From the IMG/VR virus record IMGVR_UViG_3300031853_000021, positions 14,689 through 78,688 of that record: a stretch of 64,000 bases of DNA; one strand, 5' to 3'. Of the stretch, positions 6,416 to 16,469 are shown one piece after another. The notes under the pieces were generated by a model. The model was not told where the DNA came from. It did not search any database and was given only the letters and a program-made list of their open reading frames with translations. The stretch is from a virus. Taxonomy: Duplodnaviria; Caudoviricetes. Position numbers and translations under genes: made by a program. Numbering within the stretch: the first letter of the stretch is position 1; the number at the start of each line of letters is the position of its first letter.

Positions 6416-8113
6416 TTCACCCCGCTTTTTACCCGCTCCACAAAGCCGCGGACGGCTGCGCCAGCTCGCGTTACCGGGCGCGTTGTGGCCATACTCGCAC
6501 GCCAGCCCGGCAAGCGCCCCGCTGTCCAAGGACGCGAACCGCCACCGGCAGCGAACCCCGGCGGAGCCGGGACCGCTGAAGGCCGACTTGAAGTAGGTCG
6601 TCGCTGATCCGCCGACCTCTTCCGGGAACAGGACGCCCTTCTTTGTCTTCATGAAGGACTTCACATAGTTCCAGCCGGATTTCATTCCTTCGTACAGCAG
6701 GCCAGTGTCTTCGTAGTTCGATGTCACGGATCCCGCCAGATTCTGACTGTCGCGGCATTCGTAGATCGAATAATCCCAATCAGACACAGCGTTCGCCGTG
6801 ACGGTATAAAGCGGATCCAGGCCGACCGCATATGCGCCGTCCAGGACTTCCACGCCAGCCACACGAAGCGGCGACGTTCCATCCGTCAGCCCGTGCGGGC
6901 ATCCGTCCTTCCTTCCCGGAAGAAGTTCTGTCGCGCCTGAATGCCACGGCATCGTCGAAATGTATGTCGTCGCTGTCGTGGTGAATGCGCTTTCCGTCTC
7001 TATGCCGACCGCTGCCAGTTCGTCGCCGTCGATCGTGACGGTTTCGATGGAACTGATCTTGACCAGATCCAGAATGTTCCGCATGTGTGCCTGTCCTCTG
7101 TCCTTGTTCGTGGACGATCCCATGTCGCCGATTGACACGGTCGAACCGACGATCAGGTTCGCGGCCTGCGTCGTCGACAGGATCACGCGCTTCACATTTT
7201 CTTCTGCCTTCGCTACCTGGTACTGTCTGTCGTAGCTGATGCAGCCGTTCGCGATGTTGCTGTTTTCCAGATCGAAGTGCCGCAGCTGCCACATCCGCAG
7301 GATCCATCTTGTATCGCAGTCATTCCACAGTCCTTCATAGATCGTCATCTTCCGCGCCGCTGTGATGCCTGCGGTCGCGCTGGCGAAGTTGTACGGCCTG
7401 ATGCCTGCGCCGGATGTCAGTGCGCCGCTGCTGTTCAGTCCGCCGGGGAATGAAGGATGCCATGTCAGCGCCCGCTTCGTTCCGTCCGGTGCGACATCCC
7501 CGGCGTCCGGATAGAATCCCGCGCCTTTGGTCGTCCTGAAGCTGATGAAATTGAATGAACCGTCGTTCCATTCCTTGATCCACAATGCCAGCGCGAACGT
7601 CCAGACGGGCGCGTCTTCGCCTGTGATGTCGAAGCCGTCTTCGCCTTCGAAGTATGTGATGTTCATGGTTCCATCTTCCAGGGACATCGCATTCGCCCGG
7701 ATGTACCATGTCATCGGATCTTCGTCCGCCCAATCTTCGACGGCGGCATCGGATGCCGTGCACAGCTGCGCGGCGCTCTTTCCTTCCAGATCGTCCAGCG
7801 GCGTCATCGCCGTGTTTCCGGATACTGCTGCATCATAGCTTCGCAGCGTGTACGCCTTGCTGTTCCACGCCTGCGCCGCTGCTTTTGCGAATCTTTCAAG
7901 GATCTTATATTTGCTTGTCTCTCCTGCTGCCGCTGCGCGCGGATAGAATTCCCAGAAGACGCGCGTGGTGTTCGTTCCGTCCAGGACGCTTTTGCACGCC
8001 GCGTCAAGGACAGCCGCATCAGATGACCCGCCGTTCAGCGCGATCGATTCCAGCGCGGCGGCGATCCGTTCGTGCTGTGTCCACGAAGGGAAAATCAGAT
8101 CCATGTCTGCCAT
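6404..8113 (-). CDS. DGR target protein, putative receptor-binding tail protein with C-terminal CLec-fold variable region
   Basis: VR encodes SAFSGPGSAGVRCRWRFASLDSGALAGLACEYGHNAPGNASWRSRPRL at the C-terminus; follows baseplate genes. Confidence 0.88.
   Translation of the reverse strand: MADMDLIFPSWTQHERIAAALESIALNGGSSDAAVLDAACKSVLDGTNTTRVFWEFYPRAAAAGETSKYKILERFAKAAAQAWNSKAYTLRSYDAAVSGNTAMTPLDDLEGKSAAQLCTASDAAVEDWADEDPMTWYIRANAMSLEDGTMNITYFEGEDGFDITGEDAPVWTFALALWIKEWNDGSFNFISFRTTKGAGFYPDAGDVAPDGTKRALTWHPSFPGGLNSSGALTSGAGIRPYNFASATAGITAARKMTIYEGLWNDCDTRWILRMWQLRHFDLENSNIANGCISYDRQYQVAKAEENVKRVILSTTQAANLIVGSTVSIGDMGSSTNKDRGQAHMRNILDLVKISSIETVTIDGDELAAVGIETESAFTTTATTYISTMPWHSGATELLPGRKDGCPHGLTDGTSPLRVAGVEVLDGAYAVGLDPLYTVTANAVSDWDYSIYECRDSQNLAGSVTSNYEDTGLLYEGMKSGWNYVKSFMKTKKGVLFPEEVGGSATTYFKSAFSGPGSAGVRCRWRFASLDSGALAGLACEYGHNAPGNASWRSRPRLCGAGKKRGEWTS
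6443..6586 (-). repeat. DGR variable repeat (VR), copy 1
   Basis: 16 mismatches to TR, 15 at TR adenines. Confidence 0.95.
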
Positions 8114-8128
8114 TTTCTTGTTCCTCCT

Positions 8129-8935
8129 TTATGCTGTGATCTTTGTCAGTGACATGTGCGGGACGCCCCGCTGCGCGTAGATCGCATACGCATATTTCAC
8201 ATCGTTGTCGCTGTCGTAGATGTACGACGCTTCATTGATCTGGCTTGCGATCTCCACGGCTTCGTTCGCCTTATTCAGGACGATCGTCGTGTTCTCCTGC
8301 CGCGTGTTCTCCGCTGTGACGCGTCCGTTCTCTGCGGTCACGCGGGCGTTCTCTGCTTCGACGCGGGCGTTCTCTGCGGTTACGCGGGCGTTCTCTGCGG
8401 TCACGCGGGCGTTCTCCGCATTTGCGCGGCTTGTCTCTGCGCTGACGCGCCTGTTCTCTGCCGTCTTTCTGGCGTTCTCTGCGGTCACGCGGGCGGCTTC
8501 CGCTTCCGCGTATGCCTTCATGGTCGCGTCGAACAGTGACATTTCGTCGCCGGATATGATGGCGTCTTCATCCTTGACGCACGGTTCGATCTCGATTTCG
8601 AACGTGCAGGACGTGATGACTTCGGTCATGTCCCCGGACTTCACTTCGATTTCTGCCAGTGCTGTCCCCGCTGCCGCCAGCGTCTGCGACGTCAGTTCCA
8701 TCGTGACGACAGACCCGGAAAACGTGCACGGCGAATATGCCCGCTTCAGATCCGGCTTCTTGATGTAGGCCGTGACGTTCGATCCGGGCGGGATCTCATA
8801 TTCTTCGCCCTGATTCAGCAGCTGGATTTCGACGTACCGCGTCGCCCTGTCGTGCTGCTTCGCCGATACCTGATACTGCTTCGTAGATCCTGACATCTCG
8901 ATCTTCAGTCTTTTGATGACCCTGTTCAGGCTCAT
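8129..8935 (-). CDS. BppU-like baseplate upper protein with heptad coiled coil
   Basis: AKQHDRATRYVEIQL...YIKKPD...AGTALAEIEV; ARVTAEN heptads. Confidence 0.75.
   Translation of the reverse strand: MSLNRVIKRLKIEMSGSTKQYQVSAKQHDRATRYVEIQLLNQGEEYEIPPGSNVTAYIKKPDLKRAYSPCTFSGSVVTMELTSQTLAAAGTALAEIEVKSGDMTEVITSCTFEIEIEPCVKDEDAIISGDEMSLFDATMKAYAEAEAARVTAENARKTAENRRVSAETSRANAENARVTAENARVTAENARVEAENARVTAENGRVTAENTRQENTTIVLNKANEAVEIASQINEASYIYDSDNDVKYAYAIYAQRGVPHMSLTKITA
8306..8494. repeat. Nine degenerate 21-bp tandem repeats encoding (A/R)RVTAEN heptads
   Basis: GTTCTCTGCGGTCACGCGGGC units on the plus strand; same array at +38677. Confidence 0.9.
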
Positions 8936-8951
8936 GTCTGCATCCTCCTTT

Positions 8952-10460
8952 CTACAGTCCTAATTTTTCTATGATCTGCGCGATCGTGACTGTCTCCCCG
9001 TTCGGCTTCTCAAATTCGCACGTCCCCCGGAAGATCGCATTGAATGCGAAGTCCGCATAGTTTTCGCGCGTCGCTTTCGACCCGAAGGCCACGCCGCGCC
9101 CTCCATGCAGGAAGTGCATCAGATAGACCGCCGTCGACACGAAGTCGATCACCGTCACGGTGTTGAACTGGTCTTTCAGGACATACTTCACATCGTAGGA
9201 AAATTCCGTGTCCAGATCTCCGCCGCAGACTGCCGTCTTCCCTTCGCCCGGACTGATCGTCTTCGGTGTTCCGTATGTCCAGTTGCTTGTCAGCTTGTAG
9301 GCCACGGTCAGCGTCAGGCTGTTCTTCCCGTTGCACGTGCTGTATGTCGTGTCGGTCATCGCCAAAAAATAGACGCCTTCGTTCTCGATGGATCCGTCAG
9401 ATCCGCAGCGCATCGAATCGACCGACAGCGTCGGCGGATCATATTCGACGACCGTGATCCGGGCGGACTTCTCTGCCGTCCTGCCCCGCTGATCCTTGAC
9501 CGTCACCGTGATCGTCTTCACCCCGTAGTCTTCGAAGATCTTCGACGTCGGAAGTGACGTCGGCGTGCCCGTGTATGTCTTGTCGTCCACTTCCATCGCG
9601 ACAGATACGATCGCGGATCCGTATGACGGCGTCACGCTCACGGCGGACAGGCCGACGTTCGACTGTTCTTCCACGAACATGTTCCACGATGCCGGGACGC
9701 GCCCGGCCTTGTCTGCGACCGTGACCGAATTGATCACCGGCACGCAGTCGTCCGGAACTGTCACTTTGATCTGTTTCGTGATAGTCTGATATACCTGTGT
9801 CCCGAAGATGCTTTCGATCTTCAGTGTCATCCACCCGAACGTCGAATCCGGAAGTTCTTCGTTCCACAGCTTCGGGATCTTGTAGCTGTTCGTGATCCGC
9901 GTCGCCTTCGCAGCCAGTTTCTTCGTGTTGCTGTATGTCTTATTCTTTAGCGTCCACGTGAACCTGTATGTCGCATCCGTCGTCAGTTTAATCGATGCGG
10001 AACTGTCGCCGCTTTCTACGTTCAGCGGGACTGATTCGTTTCCCGTGATCTCGATGTCTGACGCGCCCGGATCCCATTCGTAATATGTCAGGCGTCCCAG
10101 ATCATAGAATGACCGAACGCATTCAGACGGATCCGAAACAGGATTCGCTCCGTACTTTATCGTGAAGAATGGTTTGTTGATTACCAGCTTTGTCCCGATG
10201 TTCAGCGTGGCCTTCTGGACATATGTGACCCCCAGCACAGTCTTCTTTGCTTTGATCGTCCATCTGTACTGTTTCCCGTCGATGATTGTTACTGTAGGGA
10301 AGTCATCCGGCCCTACTGCCAGCGCCCACATATCATCGGGGACGTTCAGCGCGATCGATGTGATCGTCGTTGTGTCGCCTGATACGCTCCCCGACGCTGT
10401 CGCCGCTGCCTGAAATACCGAATCGGCTGTGATCGGAACGCTGAATGTTTTATTTGCCAT
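8952..10460 (-). CDS. Minor tail structural protein (DUF859-like)
   Basis: Beta-rich; TVTVKDQRGR...ITVVEYDPPTL...RC motif; GGRGVAFG; lies between tail spike and BppU genes. Confidence 0.65.
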   Translation of the reverse strand: MANKTFSVPITADSVFQAAATASGSVSGDTTTITSIALNVPDDMWALAVGPDDFPTVTIIDGKQYRWTIKAKKTVLGVTYVQKATLNIGTKLVINKPFFTIKYGANPVSDPSECVRSFYDLGRLTYYEWDPGASDIEITGNESVPLNVESGDSSASIKLTTDATYRFTWTLKNKTYSNTKKLAAKATRITNSYKIPKLWNEELPDSTFGWMTLKIESIFGTQVYQTITKQIKVTVPDDCVPVINSVTVADKAGRVPASWNMFVEEQSNVGLSAVSVTPSYGSAIVSVAMEVDDKTYTGTPTSLPTSKIFEDYGVKTITVTVKDQRGRTAEKSARITVVEYDPPTLSVDSMRCGSDGSIENEGVYFLAMTDTTYSTCNGKNSLTLTVAYKLTSNWTYGTPKTISPGEGKTAVCGGDLDTEFSYDVKYVLKDQFNTVTVIDFVSTAVYLMHFLHGGRGVAFGSKATRENYADFAFNAIFRGTCEFEKPNGETVTIAQIIEKLGL

Positions 10461-12189
10461 CTGCTGCCACCTCCATCCGGAAGACGCCGCTGTCGTCGAT
10501 CAGCTGCTGATATACAGCCGGTCGTGCCGCTGCCTTCCTGATCTTCGTTTGCAGGCGCAGCGTGTTCGCCGTCGCCGGTTCTTCTTCCTGCGCTTCCCTC
10601 CATTTGACACCCATCCCGTACTGTGTGGATATGAAGTCGAAGTATCCGCCGTCCTCTGCCGCTCCGACAGACCATCGCCTGACAGCTTCGACGTTCAGGA
10701 TGTGCAGCTTGTCGTACTGGATGTATGCGACCGGCGATCCGTCCTGTCTGAATTCCAGCCTTGTGTTCGACAGCATCGTGGAAAACGGCATCACGCCGCC
10801 GTCCTGCTTCTTGCCGATTTCAAGGCCGTCGTCAGTGTAATGGAAGTATGTTTCGTTCTCCTGTTTGAACGATTCCAGATCTTCGCCCTGCGCTGTGACC
10901 GTCTCTTCCATCGACCGGATCGAAATGTTCAAGTCGATGGATGTCTGTTCGATCATGGTCTGATATTCGTTCGTCATCTGCTCCACGGTCTTGTTGTTGG
11001 CATCGTCCGCGTATAGCTTCGCGGCTTCCTCTGCCGCCGATGCCATATCCCGCGATTCTGTCCGGATCGCCTGGACGGATGTCGCGATCTTTTCTTCCGA
11101 AGATGTGATCGCCGCCTGGACTTCTTCGGTCGTCCAGTACCCGCCCCGCAGGATCCGCTTCGTCCTCGATTCAGACACGGACACGGCATCCGACAGTGTC
11201 TTTTCCTGCGTCTCCGTCTGGATCTGTTCGAACGTCTTCACGACGCTGGACAGTTCGCAAGTGTTCTTCTGCGGATCCTTCGGATATTCCGTCATCTTCA
11301 CGATCCGCTGCTTCGTCCGCGTGTTCTCCGTCTTCGATACGATCCACACTGTATCGCCGATGTCGTAATCCAGAAGGCCGTATTCTTCAGACTGTGCCGC
11401 AAGATCTGCGACGTCGGCAGTGTAGGCCGTGTACGGTCTGGACGCTGTTTCCAGCTTCGCCCGCGCGTCCTCGATCAGATTTTCCGTGATAGTGTACCGT
11501 TCATCTTTCCAGATCTTCGGCACGATCTTGTCTGTGTACTGATGATTGTCGATGTACGGCACGCCGATCATGATTTCCGGCGTGATGCCATCCTTGCCGA
11601 TCGGATAGATCCGCGTGTAGAAGTCGTACGTGTTCGACTTCACTGTCAGCTTCCGAAGGTTCAGCCCCTCCATGAAGTAGGCGCCGCGATCCGTTCCTAT
11701 GTGCTCATATAGATGGATCACCTTCCGGATGCTGTCTATGCTGCATTCGCACATGTACGTCTTCAGGACGTCCTGAAGGACATCCCACGCCGTGCACGTG
11801 TCTTCTATGTCGACCGTCCGGCGCTTTGTGATCGTGCACGTGCCGACCGTCCATCCGGTTCCCTCGAATGCGAATTCAAGGCAAGCGCGCGCCGTCTGTG
11901 TCTCCGATGCGAATCCATATGTGAATTCCTGCTGTTCCAGTTCCTCGATGTTCAGCTTCGCGACGTACCTGTTCTTCGTCGCCCCTGTCTCGATCTCCTT
12001 CAGGACGTATTCGTCTTCCTTCGTCCGGATGTAGTTTTCCGCTGCCAGTGCCGCGATCGCCGCGCCGTTCTTCGGATATGAAAACGACAGTTCCTTGTCC
12101 CCGGACGACAGCGTCTTTTCGATCTTCAGATCGTCCATCATGTCGATCGCCGCGATCCGCTTGTGCAGCGCGTCGTATATCTGGATCAT
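10450..12189 (-). CDS. Tail spike / prophage tail endopeptidase-family (Tal-like) protein
   Basis: FYTRIYPIGKDG, DIGDTV, follows Dit; homologue at 49076-50839. Confidence 0.75.
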   Translation of the reverse strand: MIQIYDALHKRIAAIDMMDDLKIEKTLSSGDKELSFSYPKNGAAIAALAAENYIRTKEDEYVLKEIETGATKNRYVAKLNIEELEQQEFTYGFASETQTARACLEFAFEGTGWTVGTCTITKRRTVDIEDTCTAWDVLQDVLKTYMCECSIDSIRKVIHLYEHIGTDRGAYFMEGLNLRKLTVKSNTYDFYTRIYPIGKDGITPEIMIGVPYIDNHQYTDKIVPKIWKDERYTITENLIEDARAKLETASRPYTAYTADVADLAAQSEEYGLLDYDIGDTVWIVSKTENTRTKQRIVKMTEYPKDPQKNTCELSSVVKTFEQIQTETQEKTLSDAVSVSESRTKRILRGGYWTTEEVQAAITSSEEKIATSVQAIRTESRDMASAAEEAAKLYADDANNKTVEQMTNEYQTMIEQTSIDLNISIRSMEETVTAQGEDLESFKQENETYFHYTDDGLEIGKKQDGGVMPFSTMLSNTRLEFRQDGSPVAYIQYDKLHILNVEAVRRWSVGAAEDGGYFDFISTQYGMGVKWREAQEEEPATANTLRLQTKIRKAAARPAVYQQLIDDSGVFRMEVAADGK

Positions 12190-12202
12190 CCCGCTGCCCT
12201 CC

Positions 12203-12901
12203 TTACATCCACATCGGCGTGTACGTCAGCATCACCTTCGCAGATCCGGATGAAAATGTCAGATCGTTTTCGCCCGCTGCCAGGCGTGGGAACTGCCAGA
12301 ACGACACCTGATCGAAGGCGTTCTTCCCGTCGATCGTTGCCTTCCCGCTCCTGCCGTCGATGATCAGCGTCTTCCCTGCTGCCAGCGTCTCGACGATGTA
12401 CGCTTCGTCGTTTAATGTGATCACGTAGTCCGTCAGCTGCTGCTTCGCCGTGACCGCCACAGCACACGGCGCGTCCTTGCTGCTTTCCACGAAGATCTGC
12501 CCGGACGTCTTCCCGTCGAATGTGATTTCCAGATCGTCATCGAAGAAATACCCGTCGATCGACAGTTCCAGAATCTTCTTCGACAGGTCCAGCGTCTTCG
12601 TCAGACTGTCGTCTGTCAGGTATGCTTTGTATTTGCCTTTGTATCCCTTGATCTCTTCCAGGACGGCAGACTGGCGGAACTGCATCATGAATCTTGATAC
12701 AGTCCGCTGAAGTTCTGCCCGGTTCCTTGCGCGGAAGTAGATCGTCAGCTTCAGCGTTCCCAGCGGGATGTCTGTTTCGTACTCCGTCGGAAGCAGCGCC
12801 CGCTGGATCATCTCCTTCTGGACGCTGATCTTCGGCGGCTGTTCCTCGACCGTCAGCAGCTTCGCGCCGTATTCCCTGACGTCCACGCCGTTTACGATCA
12901 T
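12203..12901 (-). CDS. Distal tail protein (Dit)
   Basis: Directly after TMP; C-terminal FPRLAAGENDLTF...YTPMWM. Confidence 0.75.
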   Translation of the reverse strand: MIVNGVDVREYGAKLLTVEEQPPKISVQKEMIQRALLPTEYETDIPLGTLKLTIYFRARNRAELQRTVSRFMMQFRQSAVLEEIKGYKGKYKAYLTDDSLTKTLDLSKKILELSIDGYFFDDDLEITFDGKTSGQIFVESSKDAPCAVAVTAKQQLTDYVITLNDEAYIVETLAAGKTLIIDGRSGKATIDGKNAFDQVSFWQFPRLAAGENDLTFSSGSAKVMLTYTPMWM

Positions 12902-12914
12902 GTTTCATCCCTCC

Positions 12915-15900
12915 TTATCTCTTCCGCTGTATTTTGTTTACGAATTCATTTTCGACGCGTGTGTATACTCTTTCCGCGACGACATCGCCGTCCATCGTGA
13001 CGTATACATACACGACCGTCCCGCCTGTCAGTGCATCCAGCTTCTTGTCCAGCATGTCGCCCAGGCGATCATAGAACGCTTTCAGCGGCAGGATCGCTTC
13101 CGCTCCCGCTTCGCCGCCTGCCAGCAGTGTGTTCCCGGATGCTCCGAATACTGTCGGGCGTGTCATGATACCGCCGGATTTATACCAGCTGATCCCGAAG
13201 TGCGGGACTGACGGCGGATTCAGACTGAAGTGTCCGGATATATACGGATGCGGCAGTGCCAGATGCGGCAGGCTCCAATGGAAGTTAAACTTCGACCGCA
13301 TGGCGCTGATCGCATTCGCCACGGCCTGCTTCGCCGCATTGATCGGTCTTTCGATCGCCGACTTGATGGCGTTCCATCCGGAAGACGCCGCGCCCTTCAT
13401 GCTGTTCCATGCCGACGACATCACGGACTTGATGCTGTTCATGACGGACTGGACTTTCGACTTCACCGCATTCACGGCGGACGTCACGCCTGACTTGATC
13501 GCATTCCATGCGGATGTCGTCGCGCTCTTCACTCCGTTCCACACGGACGTGATCGTGGTCTTTATCGCGTTGAAGATCGGCGTGACCGCTGTCTTGATCG
13601 CGTTCACTGCGGTCGTGACGGCTGTCTTGATCGCGTTCCAGACGGTCGATGTGGCTGTCTTGATCGCGTTCCAGACGGTCGACACCGTGGTCTTAATCGC
13701 GTTCATGACGGTCGTGATTACGGTCTTGATGCCGTTCCATACTGTGTCGATCACAGTTTTGATCGCCGTCATGACCGGCGTGATGATGTTGTCCTTCACG
13801 AAGTTCAGCGCCGTCGACACTGTGGTCTTGATCGCTTCCCATGCTGCCGTGATCGTCTCTTTGCAGTTCTCCCAGATGAACCGGAACGGAACCGTGATCA
13901 GCTGGAAGGCCGCGCTGATCAGTTCCACGATGAACATGATCGCGACCTGAATGACGCTTTTGATTCCTTCCCAGATCGTCGAAACTGTTTCCGCGACCGT
14001 CGTGAAGATCGTGCTGATCGTCGTCCAGACGGTCGTGCAGAATGTCGTGACGGTCGTGCTGATCGTTGTCCAGATCGTCGTGAAGAACGTGCTGATGCCG
14101 TTCCAGACGCCTTCGAAGAAGCCCTGCACGTTCGTCCACAGTTCTGTCCACGAAGTCCCGAACCATCCCAGGAAGACGTCTGCGACGCCCTGAAGCGCCG
14201 CCAGAACGCCGCTGAAGACGCCCTTGATGCCTTCCCAGACCGCGCCGAAGATCTCCTGCACGCCTGTCCACAGTTGTGTCCAGTTGCCGTTATATGCGCC
14301 GATGAACACGTCCAGCAGCCCCGTGATGACACCGAAGGCTGTTTCAAGTACCGTCGCTATGATTCCGAAGGCTGCTTCGAATACCGGCGCTAACAGGTTG
14401 CAGAAGCCGTCCCAGATGGCACTGATCGTCTGCGTGATCGACTGGAAGCTGATTCCCATCGCTGACAGCCTTTCCTGTATGCCGCCGACGAATTCCTGGA
14501 AGGCGCCTTTGATCCGCTCCCAGATCGCGATGACCGCGTTCCGGAAGTCTTCGTTCGTCCTCCACAGATGGATGAATGCCGCCACCAGCACGGCGATGAC
14601 GCCGATCACGATTCCGATCGGCGATGTCAGGAAGCTGAACGCCGACGACAGTCCGGTCTGTGCCTTCGCAAGTATCCCGGATGCGCCGCCCGCTTTCGTG
14701 TACCACTCGACCATGTTCCCGATCTGCGTGGACACCTGACCCGTGAATATGATCATTTTTCCCAGCGCGACCAGCAAAGGCCCTGCTGCCGCCACGACCA
14801 GGCCGATCCGGATGATCGCCTGCTTCTGTCCTTCGTCCATGTTGTTCAGCTTGTCCACGAAGTCCTGAATCTTGCCGACGACTTCGCGGATCTTCGGCAT
14901 CAGCAGTTCACCGAAGCTGATCGCCAGTTCTTCCAGCTGTGACTTCAGGATGGTCAGCTGTCCCTGTAGGTTGTCCTGCTGCACCTCTGCCATCTTTTCC
15001 GCCGCGCCGGATGCGCCGCCGATCTTCGCGCGCAGATTGTCGAATGCTTCCCCTGAATCCTGGATCAGGAAGTTCGCACCGCGCAGTGAAGCCGTGTCGA
15101 AGATCTGCCCCATGACGCTGTTGTAGTCCTCTTCGGACAGTTCGCCCAGCTTGCCCCGCAGATCTGTCAGAACGTCCTGAAGCGGCCTTGCCTTGCCCTC
15201 TGAATCGTAGGCGGACACACCCAGCGCATCCAGTGCGTCCTTCGCCGTCGATGTCGGCTGATACAGGTTCTTCAGGACACGCTGAAGCATGTTTCCGCCT
15301 TCAGCTGCGGATATATTGTGATTTCCCAGAATTCCCAGCGCTGTCGCTGTGTCTTCGAATGACTGGCCTGTGATGGATGCCTGGCCTGCTGCCTGTGCAA
15401 GTCCTGCGCCGAAGTCAGACACGGATCCCTTCGCACTGGATGCCGTGACCGCCAGAACGTCCGCGACCTTCGAAGCGTCTTCCGTCTTCATGCCGAAGCC
15501 GGACATGATGCCCGTCGCATAGTCTGCGGCCTGCGCGATGCCGATGTTGCCAGCCGCTGCCAGATTCAGCGTCGCAGGCAGCGCGGAATAGATGTCATCC
15601 GTGTCCATGCCTGCCATCGCAAGGATGTTGATCGCGTCCGCTGCTTCACTGGCGGAAAACTTTGTGTCCTTTCCCATCGTCCGCGCCAGCTTCGACAGCG
15701 CGTCCATCGTGTTGACCGTTTCGCCGTTCAGCTTCGACGTGGAATCCTTCGTCAGACCCATCGTCGCCTGAACCTGTGACATCGAAGCGTCGAAGTTCGC
15801 GGCAGTCTTCACTGCTGCCGTTCCCAGTCCGACCGTCGCCATAGACGCGGGCATGATCGCTTCGCCGACCTTCGTGATCGTTCCGCCGATCTTGTTCGCC

Positions 15901-16451
15901 TTCTCTGCGTAGGCATCGAACGGCGCCCGTGCCAGTTCCGCGTTCACGTTCCGCAGCTGTACTTCCAGTTCTGCCAGCTTCGCCTTTGAAGATGTGACCG
16001 CGCCTTCCTGCTTCGTGATCGCTGTTTCTGTCTTCTGGATGCTTCTTTCTGTGTTTCCCAGCTGTGACTGTAAATTTTCGTATTCTGCCTTCAGCTTCTT
16101 CGTCTGTTCAGAATCTTCGCCTGTGGCCTTCGCGCTTTCTTCGTACGCCTTCTTCGCCGCTTCGACCTTCGTCTTCAGCGTGTCGTGCGTCGATTTCTGC
16201 TGTTCCAGCGCCTGCTTCAGCTTTGCGTGCTGTGCTTCGTTCTTTTCGACGATGTCTTTCTGAAGTCCTACTTTGCCAGTCAGTTCTGTGACCTTCGCCC
16301 GAAGGCCGTCCTGTGCGGATCCGGACAGCTTCGCCTGTGCAGCCGCAAGACTGTATTCGGACGACAGCTTCTTCATCTCTGCGGAACACTGCCGCATGGA
16401 TGCCTGAAACTGCTGTGTTTCGGCCTGAATGTCTATTCTTACTGTTGCCAC
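12915..16451 (-). CDS. Tape measure protein (TP901 family), 1178 aa
   Basis: TP901 core (FDASMSQV, SASEAADA, DNLQGQLTILKS); 11-aa W/F-periodic repeats. Confidence 0.92.
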   Translation of the reverse strand: MATVRIDIQAETQQFQASMRQCSAEMKKLSSEYSLAAAQAKLSGSAQDGLRAKVTELTGKVGLQKDIVEKNEAQHAKLKQALEQQKSTHDTLKTKVEAAKKAYEESAKATGEDSEQTKKLKAEYENLQSQLGNTERSIQKTETAITKQEGAVTSSKAKLAELEVQLRNVNAELARAPFDAYAEKANKIGGTITKVGEAIMPASMATVGLGTAAVKTAANFDASMSQVQATMGLTKDSTSKLNGETVNTMDALSKLARTMGKDTKFSASEAADAINILAMAGMDTDDIYSALPATLNLAAAGNIGIAQAADYATGIMSGFGMKTEDASKVADVLAVTASSAKGSVSDFGAGLAQAAGQASITGQSFEDTATALGILGNHNISAAEGGNMLQRVLKNLYQPTSTAKDALDALGVSAYDSEGKARPLQDVLTDLRGKLGELSEEDYNSVMGQIFDTASLRGANFLIQDSGEAFDNLRAKIGGASGAAEKMAEVQQDNLQGQLTILKSQLEELAISFGELLMPKIREVVGKIQDFVDKLNNMDEGQKQAIIRIGLVVAAAGPLLVALGKMIIFTGQVSTQIGNMVEWYTKAGGASGILAKAQTGLSSAFSFLTSPIGIVIGVIAVLVAAFIHLWRTNEDFRNAVIAIWERIKGAFQEFVGGIQERLSAMGISFQSITQTISAIWDGFCNLLAPVFEAAFGIIATVLETAFGVITGLLDVFIGAYNGNWTQLWTGVQEIFGAVWEGIKGVFSGVLAALQGVADVFLGWFGTSWTELWTNVQGFFEGVWNGISTFFTTIWTTISTTVTTFCTTVWTTISTIFTTVAETVSTIWEGIKSVIQVAIMFIVELISAAFQLITVPFRFIWENCKETITAAWEAIKTTVSTALNFVKDNIITPVMTAIKTVIDTVWNGIKTVITTVMNAIKTTVSTVWNAIKTATSTVWNAIKTAVTTAVNAIKTAVTPIFNAIKTTITSVWNGVKSATTSAWNAIKSGVTSAVNAVKSKVQSVMNSIKSVMSSAWNSMKGAASSGWNAIKSAIERPINAAKQAVANAISAMRSKFNFHWSLPHLALPHPYISGHFSLNPPSVPHFGISWYKSGGIMTRPTVFGASGNTLLAGGEAGAEAILPLKAFYDRLGDMLDKKLDALTGGTVVYVYVTMDGDVVAERVYTRVENEFVNKIQRKR

Positions 16452-16469
16452 GCTGTCCCGCTCCTTCCC

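Larger units (their letters stand above)
5432..8689. repeat. 3,258-bp direct repeat, copy 1 (5' part of RT gene + TR + target gene + 3' part of BppU-like gene)
   Basis: ORFs wholly inside it translate identically at offset +38677; first mismatches at 5431/44108 and 8690/47367. Not checked base by base along the full length. Confidence 0.85.
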
